From assembly GCA_025603075.1 (NCBI GenBank), contig MU626328.1:1-64000 (forward strand): DNA of 64,000 bases. Direction: 5' to 3'. Made by a program: the position numbers and the translations under genes. Positions within the stretch are counted from its first letter, which is position 1; the number at the start of each line of letters is the position of its first letter. Of the stretch, positions 1 to 12,007 are shown one piece after another. The notes beneath the pieces are model-generated. The model searched no databases. It was not told the DNA's origin and was given only the letters and a program-made list of their open reading frames with translations. This DNA comes from Neoconidiobolus thromboides FSU 785 (Eukaryota; Fungi; Entomophthoromycota).

Positions 1-247
1 TGTTCGAGATATCAGGGAATAATTCAGTTAAAAAGCTTCGAACTACTATACTCTGTAAACTCTTTTATACTCTGAAAAGTATAAATATCAAAATGGGAAG
101 ATAATATTCTTTGGGATGGAGATAGAAATTATCATAGCAAATCAAACTAAGAACGTGGGATTGATTTTCTCTGAACTCGAGAACACAGGAGCTTAGGCGA
201 TTGTTATGCTATAATTAACCATGGGACTGACAAAGCGATATTTCACA
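1..247 (-). mobile_element. Partial solo-LTR-like element (copy 1, runs off window start)
   Basis: 1..247 aligns by eye, with scattered substitutions, to 52709..52955 and ends in the same ATTTCACA terminus. Strand is inferred from TATA/AATAAA order in copy 2. Confidence 0.6.
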
Positions 248-256
248 CTTATTAGA

Positions 257-362
257 ATATGGGGATGTATTTTTGTGTTTGAGAATTCTGCTAATAACTT
301 TTCCGCTTAAATAGCGCTTAAAAGATGGAAAAAGTAATGAAGCCAAAAAAACATCACCATAT
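257..362 (+). mobile_element. ~105-bp MITE-like element
   Basis: ATATGGGGATGTATTTTTGTG...GAAGCCAAAAAAACATCACCATAT; imperfect terminal inverted repeats; matches the family consensus. Confidence 0.8.
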
Positions 363-1499
363 GATTTTTGTTTTGAACTAAACTTAAGATGATTTATAGC
401 ATAATAGTTTATAATTTGTTTATCTAGATACATTAAAAATACATTCTTTATATAAAAATTAATTATAATTACATTGCCTTTAAAACGTATTATAATACAA
501 CTAATTTTTAAGTCCTCTTTATTATTATATGCTTTTGGTCAATTTTCATAAGGACATAGGTATGTAGATAGAATGTTTAATTTACTACTTATAAGATATT
601 GACTTTTATTTTCAGTCCATTTGTTGAATATATCAACATTTAAATTAGATTGTATCTTATATTTTGAATCATTTCAAGTAGTATATTATTGAGAGTTGAT
701 AGACCTATATATTCTATATATTTATTTCATACTTTATTATTTAAATTAAATTCATTTGAATGTTTTAAATATTTACAAGCTGGTTTTCGATCAACATTGT
801 TGAAGTTCATATCTATTACATCTTTACATATCTTTCTTTGAATTATGATAGTTACAAATTTCAAAAAATTAAATTTAATATCATAATTACCTATTCTATG
901 TATTTTATCACAATGAGATTTTAAATTTAATGTACTGGAATAACTTGTATAACTTTTAAATAGGCACTTATATCGTCTTTTACTAAGTATTTTTCCTAAA
1001 AAAACTAAATTGTTTTTTAAGCTTCATATTTTCAGTGAATAAATTATTTTTAAATACTGATAAATCAAATTTTTATTATATTTATATCTCCGTTATAATT
1101 CTATAAAATAATTAACTATATTCTATATTATAAACTCTATAAAATTACTTTTAAAATGCTTGATTATTTAATGATTCTGACATTTCATATAATGTTTAAG
1201 TAAATGGTCATTTAAAACAGTTTGATCTTTAATTTTTATATTCTTGACTAGTTTATTATTTATAACATATCGATATATATAATCTATAAAGATATTGAAA
1301 AAACTTGTATTCAACTTGGGTTGCCTGTTATAGTCAACTTAATGACTAAGCAAAGTATTAATTAAACTAGACCACTTTTTGTATTTTGGATATTTGTTAG
1401 ATACATTATTATTGAATTCTATTTGACTATTACTCCTACAAAGTTCATACTTGCTTTTACATTCTATTTTTAACTACCAATTTTTATTGTTTTTAATTT

Positions 1500-2420
1500 T
1501 TATTAATTGTAATTATCTTTAACATGTCTTATAAAGTGGTGAAAATTTACAGAATTCCTACTGGGATAGAGCTTTTTACGATTTTCATAACAATATTTAT
1601 ATCTATATTCAATAGAAAATTCAATGTTTAGAGCACACTTATCCTTATCTTCCGAAATAAGTGGGTTATCATTTATATCATTTTGATTTGTGTTCTGTTG
1701 ATCTGATAAAACTATCAATTTAATTTTTATTTATAATAATTAGAGTTACCTTCAGCATATATTAAGTCGCAATGATCTTTTAAGTCACGTTTATCATTAT
1801 AAGTTTTTGAAAAATTTACATAAAGACATATTTATGTTGATATAACAGACGACTTATTGTTTAAATTGGATCGATATTTATCCTTATTAGTTTAATCAAA
1901 TACTTTATTACTCAACTTAGATTACTCTTCAAAATCTACGGATTCAACTAGTAAGTTATTTTTCAAGTTTGTCATCATAATCAACCTCGTTGCTGTATAA
2001 ATAAAACTTGTGAGCCTTTGTCTCCCCCACTATTTTTAAAAATATTTTACTTCTTAATAGCAGTAATTTTATTTATCTTGATACTGCTTATCATTCTGGT
2101 GCCTATTTAAACTACCTTTATTAGCATCTAATTTACTATGACCCAATAAAGTAAACAAATCTTTTATTTTTAATGCTTTTAACTATGTCTTCAAACTCAG
2201 TAATCTCTTTGATATTTTTCATCTCAATGGTTTATTGTAAATCAAATGTTTCTTTGAATATTTGATCTCTTTAGTTTATTTGTATAATCGAAAGACTATC
2301 TATTTTTTAGTTGATAATATTATCCAGTTTATAAGATTGAATTTTAAAGATAATACTTTACTACAATTAATTTTGATAGAAAAAGATCAAGAAACCAAAA
2401 TTTCAATTTCGATTTAATAT
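1500..2420 (-). pseudogene. Degraded coding remnant, unknown product
   Basis: Minus frame ~2340-2165 reads QSYKLDNIIN*KIDSLSIIQIN*RDQIFKETFDLQ*TIEMKNIKEITEFEDIVKSIKNK with isolated TAA stops; ORF 1503..1718 lies downstream. Confidence 0.25.
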
Positions 2421-3039
2421 TTGATTAAATTTCAAAAAGCTATTATTAGTGACGTTGAAGCTATTTTTTGAATTAATTTATGCTTAATTTTTTTGCAGCA
2501 TTCAACATTAATTTTGCAAGTGATTGAACCTGAGGAACAAAAGTTGGTTTAAAATTCCACTTACTTTAGTACTATGAATGAGCTGTACTTGAAAACGTTT
2601 TGTAGAGCAAAACGAATAAGGAGTATTACACATATAATTTTCAATTAAATAAAACTACGCGGTTTGAAATTAAAGTAGAATTATGTCTAAGCTCGCATAC
2701 AATTTCAACTAAATTAACCCTTTAAGTATTGAATTTCAAAAAAGTATTGATCCAATCGACATAAATATTTGACGTCATGGTCCATTCAAATGCCAAAAAT
2801 TGAAATGTCCGGTACTCAAAGAGCTAATAGAACATGCTGTGTTTAGATGTCATTTGTTTATTTTGATTCATTGGTAGTTCATTTTATTCGAATTTAATGA
2901 TATATGAAAGGTATACTTATTAAATTTCTATAAAAAGATTAAAAACATACTAAAAAATAAAATGAACTCAAATATAATTACTAGCTCTATTGACTAAAAA
3001 TGCAATTGTTTTTATAGCATTTTGTGTTTAATTTCCGAT

Positions 3040-3138
3040 CTAGTAGTCTTTTTAGTTTCACTATTTTTTTATTTTTTAAGCGGTATTATGTGAAAAAAAG
3101 TTAATTAATTCCTTAAACAAAAAAGGACATCCCCCTAT
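3040..3138 (-). mobile_element. Degenerate MITE copy
   Basis: tttttagtttcacta...ttttttaagcggtatt...ccttaaacaaaaaaggacatccccctat follows the reverse consensus. Confidence 0.45.
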
Positions 3139-5047
3139 TTTCAGTAAAAATTAAAACTGGGAAAAAGATTCAATTTACCAATATTCTGGATGTTGGAAGA
3201 AAGATAAAATAGATATTCAAAATTAGCTAATATTGTTTATAAATGTGTATTAATTAAAATGTGTCATTTTGATTACAAGTATAGCCACTAAATCTATTAA
3301 ATTAACATTATCTTAAGAAAGGTTTGAAAATATAGTTAATAGATTGAAATTATAACACATTATAAATAACTAAATAAATTATAACATATCATAAAGCTTT
3401 CATATTCTAAATTCAATATTACAGTAATCAAACAATGCATATCATAAATATGATATAACATTTCCTTGAAATCTATTTATAAGTCCTTCAATCCTTTTGA
3501 AGCTTCAGTAATTTAACACAAATCAAGTCATTCCAAGTATTATCAGGAATAAATATAATTATATATTCTATTACTAATTAATTGTCATAATTAATTTTCA
3601 ATCTAAATATGAGGTGTATAGGCAATAAATTGCTTTTACTGCTTAACTCATTATAATAAAAACCATGAAATAATTTATAAGAGTATCAAGTACATTTGTT
3701 AGTAACTTGTTTTTTTAGAACTAAAGCTTTAGCTATAATTATTATAATGACTTCTAAATGCAGCAATTATTTATAAAACAATGTTCCTATTTTCTTTTTT
3801 CTGAATTAAATTTTTTTTTTGATCCTTACTCTTAAATTGAATATGTTTTATAAATTTCAAATGTTTTTTTATTAGAAATTAAAGTTTCTATAGGAAGTTA
3901 CTCACTGTTGTTGATTTTTATAAAGTATTTTGCAATATTTTTATTCTATGATAGGTTTTATAAAAATAAATTATTATATTTAATTAAGGTTCGACTTGAC
4001 TTTTTTGGTTTAATATTAAAATATAGATATATTTTCATTTAATATGGTATAATATCAAATATACAACTGTGTAACAAGGATTATAAAAAGGACTAAATTT
4101 TTATATAACTAGTTTATATTTTGCCTTAAACTATTTAACTGATAATTATAATTTAGGAGTTTATAACCATAGAAACTAAAATCAAGTTTACATGTAAAAA
4201 TAGATAATTGTAAAGTACAAAATTTAAGAGAACTTGGGCAACAATCTTCTTTATTTATTTAGACATTTCAATAAATCAATAATTAAAATGCTCCAAACAA
4301 GTGATAAAAAGGATAGTCAGTTTCATACAATTATATTAACTTTGCTATAAATTTACAACTATAAAAATGCTGAAATTCAAAGTCAAATTCAAACTCCTTT
4401 CTAATTACATTAAAATGGAATCAATTTTCAAAGTGTAATTTTAACTTAATAATTTAATAGGGTAACTGTATAATATAGTAAAAATATGATTGGTTATTTT
4501 TTTATTTTATTTTAACAAGTTAAAAATAAGGAGTGGATAATTTTTATTTCAATTCAAGTTCTCATACTTATTCTTGAAACTTTGGGGTCATTTATTTAAC
4601 TTTACTAATTGAATTTCTATTTTCTGTATATTTGAAAGCATTTTTAGCTATAAAAAGCTCTAATAGATTACTATTTATCCAATAAAATAGATCTAGATGA
4701 AATAGCATGTAGAATTTTGAATTTGATATCACTATTTTTCTTAATCAAAAGGAATTTCCTTAAGATTTAATTACTCCTACCAATCAGATCAAATGCCATT
4801 TTAGCCATATGATAATAGCCACTTATGGAAATCATAAAAAAATAAGAGTAAGGACTTACTCGACTTGCTCTTCTTAACTTAACTTTTGGTTGAGCATAAC
4901 CATTGACCATCTTTTATTAAACTTTATTTATCTTCATTTATAATTATTGTTATTAAGTTTTGAAGCTGGTTCTATTTTCACTTTAAATTATAAAAGTTTT
5001 AATTTAAATAATTATTTTTTTGTGTATATCTTTATCGAAGAAGGAAG

Positions 5048-7884
5048 ATGTCGGATCATATTCATTTGAGTAAAAGTAAACCAATCCACGAGCATGATCT
5101 TTTCTCAACAAATGATAAACCTGATCAAGATATCTCTTTTTATTTTCCGTTTCATTCAACTTTCACAAACACCCAGCCTTTAGTTAAACCAAATCGTAGC
5201 TTATCTCTAAGTATGGCAAATAGGTCTAATATGAATATGAATATGAGTGATTCAGTTGGTCAAATGTCTTATTCAAGGCCAATATTTAGTCCCACTTTAC
5301 CATCCTTAGCTGATAAAGATGATCAAAGGGTTCCACCCCAAGTATTCCGTTCCCAAAGTGCTATATTTACTGATACCTTTCCGTCGTTAGTTAACTCAAG
5401 TTATAACTCCGAGTCGTTATCTACCTTTCACTCTTCATCTCAAATTACTTCGCCAACTTCACCTATTTCACCTCAAAATAATAAGGATTATTTTAACCCT
5501 AGATCTGTTCCGATTACTCGTCGTAATTCAAATGATCACCTGAACAGCCTTTTTGAGTCTTCAAACTTTTATATCGGAGAACCTCTAATGAAGAATTATG
5601 GGGACGCTTTTACTGCACGTAAAGCCTCAGCACCAGCAGTTCCTTTTCAGAAAGACGTAAAACTTTCAAATAATGACCGAGGGTATATGCTCCCAAAAAT
5701 AGATACTCACTTTTTGGAAAATGAGTTTGATTCGGAATATACCTCCCCACGTAGTAATGATTCTTATAAAGGTTATGACTACCAAGATAATATTATGTCA
5801 TCTTTAGAAGATAATAGGTTAATGTCAAACCAACATAATTTTGAATATGAATCAATGAGAAATATGTCCGATCATAATAATTTCATGTCATCTATGATGA
5901 ACCCAAACCCAAACCCAGATTCTACATTCAACTCTGGATCTGCTCGCCCAATGGTAAGAACCCGCTCCGCTACTCATTTCTGTGACCTTTATACTGCAAA
6001 AGGTAAATCTTAACCATATTGTTTATATCCAAACTAATATATTTTAGCTCATCACTTACCAATCGATGCATTGACCAATAGCATTCATTTCAATAACCAT
6101 CAAAACATTCCTAATACGAACTCCACCTGGAACTCAAACCCTGAACCAAATCTTAATGGTGTTTGCCGTTTTTATCTTCAAGGTCATTGTACTAAAGGGA
6201 ATCGCTGCCAATTTAAACATATTTCTAAATCAGAATTACTTAATAATCATTCACCAGCTAGAGCTCCAATGAACTCTGTGAAAGCTTTCCAGCCTTCTTT
6301 ATCAACTATACCTATTAATAGGAGGGTTTCTTCTGGGATAGCATATAACCCAGATCACGTGAACTTTGCACTTAAATCACCCCCAGTAGTATCACCAAAA
6401 GGATCAAATAGTCGTCAAATTCCTGCTTCTCATGCACAGAATATACCTTTACCTATTAAGAACTCGAAAGGTTCAGGAGATGAAACTGGTTGTTCCAATT
6501 CACCGGGTATAGATTATTTTATATTACAGAATGCAGTTAATTAATTTTAAAATAGATAAACAATTTTCTAAGGATTTCAATACTCACATTGGTAAAATTC
6601 CAATTCTTTGTTTAGACCAACATGGTTGTCGCTATTTACAAAAGAAATTGGAAGAAGAAAATTATGAGCAAACAGATATAATTTTCAAAGAAGTATTTCC
6701 TAAATTTCCTACATTGATGACTCATCCATTTGGAAATTATTTGTGTCAAAAATTAGTTGAGCATACTAAACCTGAACACAGATTACAACTGTTAAAATCC
6801 ATTACACCTATTTTAGTATTCATCTCAATGGATATGCATGGTACACGTGCTGTTCAAAAGATGTTGGAGTTTTTGGCTTCATGCACTGATTCTGAAGCTA
6901 GCAATTCGGTACACTATTGATTATTTTATCTTTTATATTCCTAACTTTTATATAGATTACCTCTCTTTCTGAAGCTATTAAAGACCATGTTGTTGATTTG
7001 ATTAAAGTATTTTTATTATTACTACAATATATAATATGTTAACCCGTAATTAGGACATTCATGGAAATCACGTTATCCAAAAATGTATCAATCGCCTTGA
7101 TTCTAAACACAATCAGGTTTGTTTTTAACTTTATATACTAAAAACAATAGCTAAATAACAATAGTTTATTTATGACTCTGTTTCGAAATACACTATGCAA
7201 GTTGCAACTCATCGTCATGGGTGTTGCGTATTACAACGTTGTATCGATTTTGCTTCACCAGAACAAAAACAACAATTGATTGATGCTATCACAGAGCATG
7301 CTTTTAAGCTAGTTCAAGATCCATTTGGAAACTATGTCGTACAATACCTTTTGGATTTAAATATTAAATCATATGCAGATATGATTATATCTCAATTCAA
7401 AGGAAATGTATGCGCTCTTTCAGTGCAAAAATTCAGTTCAAATGTTATTGAGAAATGTATTAGAATAGCTGATGACAAATTAAGATTCGAGCTTATCCAA
7501 GAGTTGCTCAGTAGAGAAAGGCTTGATCTTTTAATTAGAGACTCTTATGCCAATTATGTAGTGCAGACTAGTTTAGAGTTTGCAGAAATAACTCAACGTG
7601 ATAAGGTAATTTTTTTGTTTTATTTTGATAAATCGTAATTATTCTTTTAGCTTATTGCATGTATCAAACCATTGTTAAATTCAGTTCGGGGAACTTCGTA
7701 TGCTAAAAGGATTCAAAGTAAAATTTTGAAATGCACTATGGGGGAAGAAAAGTCTAACAATAAAGGAGCAAGCAATCCTGCTGGAAGTTCAACTAAAAAC
7801 GATGAAACTTTTAGACTTTCTCTAAGTGCTAAAGAATTTCAACTTTCTGGAAAATCCACACGCCTTGCTGCTTCCAGAATTTAA
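5048..7884 (+). CDS. PUF4: Puf4/Puf5-type Pumilio RNA-binding protein with upstream CCCH zinc finger (multi-exon)
   Basis: Eight PUF repeats across exons (HGCRYLQ, FGNYLCQ, HGTRAVQ, HGNHVIQ, HGCCVLQ, FGNYVVQ, FSSNVIE, YANYVVQ); CRFYLQGHCTKGNRCQFKH; S/N-rich N-terminus; GT-AG introns (e.g. 6002-6048). Confidence 0.85.
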
Positions 7885-8240
7885 CTACTAGATCATCACC
7901 TTCATTATTATTCTGTACCTATATATGTTTTATATTTACAGGCTAGGTTTTTTTGTATTAGTAGCCTAACTATTTTAAATTTTCATGGCTCTTCAACTAT
8001 TTCTAGTTTTTACTTTTATATCCGGGTTGTTTTTTCTAAACCCTGATTACAACTATCGTCAGTTATTAATAAATTCAATGTCATATATAAACTTAATATT
8101 ACTTTCAGTGATAGTAGTACTTCAAAAGTTAGTATTTGAAAAGTTATTGAATGACGTTATAATTTGATAAATATTTATTAGTATTTAAATTAACATACTT
8201 GTTAGAAAAATGACTTGCTGTTCTTTAGAGTTTTTTATTT

Positions 8241-8280
8241 TAGAGTATTTTGGAGTATTTTAGAGTATTTTGGAGTATTA
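8241..8280. repeat. 10-bp tandem repeat x4
   Basis: tagagtattt tggagtattt tagagtattt tggagtatta. Confidence 0.85.
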
Positions 8281-9023
8281 ATCTGACCAAAAAAAGCATG
8301 ATTATCATCTTTTAGATTACATATTAATGAAATATATTAAAGGGCTTTATTCAAACAGATAGAAACAATGTTAATTTAACTCAGTACATACGTTAAGCTA
8401 AGAGTCATTTGGTAGGTAAAAAGGTAATCAGAGTTAATTAAGTTTAGAAAATAATTTACTTTCGTATAAAAAATTATGTGAACTAAATTTTTTATATATC
8501 GCTAAGTTTAATTTAAAAAATTAGCCTTTATTTTTATACTATCTAAAAATATACCTGCTTACAATATCATTGTTGAATAATGTATTATATTTAGCTTTTA
8601 ATATATCTCTATAAGAGTATATTCCTCAAATATTTTAAATTGATGCAATAATCAACGGATATAATATTTAATAATGATCATTATGTAAAAAAATTCAAGT
8701 ATCAAGGGTATAGAATTCTGTTAATAAAAATATTATATTACTAAGTTAACCGTTTTGTATTTGAATTATATAATTATTTATAACTATAGTTAATTTTTGT
8801 GGCAATTAAATTTAGGTTGTATTTTTAAATTTTAAATTGTAACAAATAATAAAATAACTGTTTACAGATAATTATTATAACGTTTTATGGATTTTAATAT
8901 ACAACAAAAGTTTTAGAGAAAGTTTTTAATTAGATATAAAAGTAACTACAAATATACGATAAAAGAATCCAATGATATGATTCTGTCAGCTATACAAAAA
9001 TAAATATTCAAATTTAAAAAAAA

Positions 9024-9127
9024 ATATGGGAGTGTTTTTTTTGACTTCATTATTTTTTCCATTTTTCAAGCACTATTTAAGTGTAAAATTTGTCAAAAAT
9101 TCTTAGACACAAAATACATCTCCATAT
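9024..9127 (-). mobile_element. ~105-bp MITE-like element
   Basis: ATATGGGAGTGTTTTTTTTGACTTC...AAAATACATCTCCATAT. Confidence 0.85.
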
Positions 9128-9505
9128 AGTAAATTCAAATTTTCCTACTTTTTTTGAACTGATAATATGTAGTAAAATATAAGATTTATAAAGATCAAAT
9201 CTAATATTTCGAATTCTTTTAATAGTAATTTATTTTTTCGATATTTATTATAAGACTTATTTAAAACTTAGTATTTAATAACCTCGTATTAATCTAAATG
9301 AAGGAAATAATAATGTGATTTATCAAATCCAGACTTTAAAAGGTAAAAGTAGCTTACGATCAAGGGTGGACAAATTAAATTAATTGAATAAAGAAAAATA
9401 AACTGGGGGAAAGTTAGTTAGAGCATGGTAATTTAAAAAGACAAAAATAACATGGGTGAAAGAGTGTGATTTAACGGAACTTTGAGAAAGATATCAAAAT
9501 GAAAG

Positions 9506-9513
9506 TATATAAA
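9506..9513 (+). promoter_or_regulatory. Putative TATA box of the sugar transporter
   Basis: TATATAAA 46 nt upstream of ATG 9552. Confidence 0.4.
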
Positions 9514-9551
9514 TGAGATAAATTAGTTTAATTATCTTCAAATTTTAAAAC

Positions 9552-10976
9552 ATGAGTAGATTGTTAGTTTATACGGTGTCGATGTTTGCCGCTATTGGCG
9601 GCTTTCTTTTTGGTTATGATACTGGTGTAATATCTGGAGTTTTAGTTACACCTAGCTTCGTTCGTGCCTTTTTCCCTATAAATTCTTTAGTACAAGGAGC
9701 TATCGTATCTACATTAATTGCAGGAGCATTTGTTGGATCACTAGTAAGCGGTATATTAGCCGATAGAATGGGGCGCAAATATACTATATTACTAGCATCT
9801 GTGATATTTATTTTGGGAGCTGGGCTACAAAGTGGTGCTATGAATCTTGGGATGCTTTATGCTGGAAGATTCGTTGCAGGATTCTCAATTGGACAACTAT
9901 CTATGGTTGTTCCATTATATCAAAGTGAAATAAGCTCTCCTGATATACGTGGTAGATTAATTTCATTACAACAATTTGCAATCACAGTTGGTATTGCTGC
10001 ATCATTTTGGGTAGATTATTTATGTCAAGGCTTCTATGACGATTTAGCCTGGAGATTACCATTAGGTTTACAAGCAGCTCCTGCTGTTATATTAGCAGTT
10101 GGGACTATCTTCTTACCATTCTCTCCTAGATGGTTAATTGACAAAGATAGAGATGAAGAAGGGAAAAGAGTGATTGCCGATTTAAGAGCAGGTGGTGATG
10201 TATTCCATCCTATTGTTCAAGAGGAATACGATGAAATTAAAAGAGAAGTATTGTTAGAAAGGGAAATTGCAGTTGGTTCTTATTTAGACCTATTTAGAGG
10301 GTCTATCAGAAGAAGAGTGATATTGGGTATTACTATTCAAGCCTTCCAACAATTAACTGGTATAAATGCAATTATGTATTATGCACCATTGATATTCCAA
10401 ATGGCTGGTTTACCAGGTATCAATTCAACACTATTAGCACAAGGCATAAATGGTATCGTTAATATGACAGCAACAGTACCTGCAATATTATTTGTAGATA
10501 AATGGGGAAGAAGGCCTACTTTAATTTCTGGGGCTCTTATCATGGGTATTTCCATGATACTCGTTGGTTCTTTATTAGGGGGATTCAAATTGGGTGTTAA
10601 CAATGTGACACCAAATACAGGTGCAAGCTATTCAACTATAGTATTTATCTATACTTTTGTTGCAGGGTTTGCTTATTCTTGGGGACCAATAGGATGGATC
10701 TATCCTTCTGAAATCTTCCCACTAAGTATAAGGTCTAAGGCAATTTCGATATCCACCGCTTCTAACTGGCTATTTAATTATATTGTTGGATTATTAGTGC
10801 CAATATTAATTGAGAAGATCGGTTGGGTACTAATGATTATATTCGGGACCTTTGGATTTATAATGGCTGCTTCAATTTACTTCTTTTTCCCTGAAACTAA
10901 AGGTAGATCTTTAGAAGAAATGGATATTGTATTTGGTGATGTTATTACTGACAGAGATGATCCTGATAAATTCTAA
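9552..10976 (+). CDS. MFS sugar porter family transporter (intronless)
   Basis: GGFLFGYDTG, D(R)MGRK, PLYQSEIS...RGRL, PFSPRWL, QQLTGINAIMYY, VDKWGRR, PETKGRSLEEMD motifs; 12-TM pattern. Confidence 0.95.
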   Translation: MSRLLVYTVSMFAAIGGFLFGYDTGVISGVLVTPSFVRAFFPINSLVQGAIVSTLIAGAFVGSLVSGILADRMGRKYTILLASVIFILGAGLQSGAMNLGMLYAGRFVAGFSIGQLSMVVPLYQSEISSPDIRGRLISLQQFAITVGIAASFWVDYLCQGFYDDLAWRLPLGLQAAPAVILAVGTIFLPFSPRWLIDKDRDEEGKRVIADLRAGGDVFHPIVQEEYDEIKREVLLEREIAVGSYLDLFRGSIRRRVILGITIQAFQQLTGINAIMYYAPLIFQMAGLPGINSTLLAQGINGIVNMTATVPAILFVDKWGRRPTLISGALIMGISMILVGSLLGGFKLGVNNVTPNTGASYSTIVFIYTFVAGFAYSWGPIGWIYPSEIFPLSIRSKAISISTASNWLFNYIVGLLVPILIEKIGWVLMIIFGTFGFIMAASIYFFFPETKGRSLEEMDIVFGDVITDRDDPDKF

Positions 10977-11955
10977 ACTTAAATAAGTATATAATCAAAA
11001 AATAATATATAAATCATGATTATTTATAAACAATCTAATAATTATTAATAAAATGTATCTAAACATATTTATATTATTTTAATTATTTTTTATATTGATA
11101 CTTTTATAAAGACATTTTAATTTGAAATTATTTATTATTATTGCTTAAATAAAATATTTCTTATTTAGTTGGAATTTTTTATGGTCATTATTCAAATTCA
11201 AAACAAGATTGTAATAGTAACCGATTATTTCCTTCCTATAAAATAATCGATTAAATAATTGCTTTGTTATGCTTTTAAAACTTAAATATATATTAATTTA
11301 AGGAAATATGTGGATAAAGCTTTTAGAATTCTACTAAACAACAAAGTAAAAAAAGAATAATGGAGTCCTGGAGTATTAACATATAACAGTAGATTTCAAA
11401 TATACTATATCCTAATTTTATAAAGGATGCGTTTATATCCACTTTAATTAGATTTTGCTAATTTGTCAACTAAATTTCGATTAAATTCTTAATTAAAATA
11501 ATAGAAGCGTTTTTATGTAGAGTTTACTTTTAAAGAAGCTAAACAATTTAAATTAATGGTTTATTCAATTAGAGAGCTCATCTGCTCAACATTATAAAAA
11601 ACTGGCATAAAAAATGGTCATTCAAAAAATAGTATTCCAAGTTGAGTCAAGTGATAACTAAGGCTTAAACGCAGATGGAAGTAAGTTTAGTAAATAAAAT
11701 ATCTTTCTCTATCAAACAACTTCTAATGGTGGGGGCTTTTTTCTCAAAGTATGCATGATTAATAAACTATATTTATTGTAAATATCAATATTTAGTTTAT
11801 ATTATGCAATTTACTAATATAAGAATTAAAGAGGAATTTTAATGGGTAAAAACATGATGGATTAATAAATTATTCTAAATTAGTACCATAAAAATTATCA
11901 TGTTATCAAAATCAAATCAAAAGTCGAAATAATAAGTTGCTATAGAACCCGGGAG

Positions 11956-11963
11956 TATATAAA
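11956..11963 (+). promoter_or_regulatory. Putative TATA box of the S41 peptidase
   Basis: TATATAAA ~50 nt upstream of ATG 12008. Confidence 0.4.
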
Positions 11964-12007
11964 CAAATCGAAATAATACATATTTATTAACTTAAATATT
12001 AATTTTA

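Noticed and set aside
215-433. 72-aa ORF (also 40687..40905 and 56846..57046)
   Set aside because: These are readings through MITE copies, with no independent coding signal.
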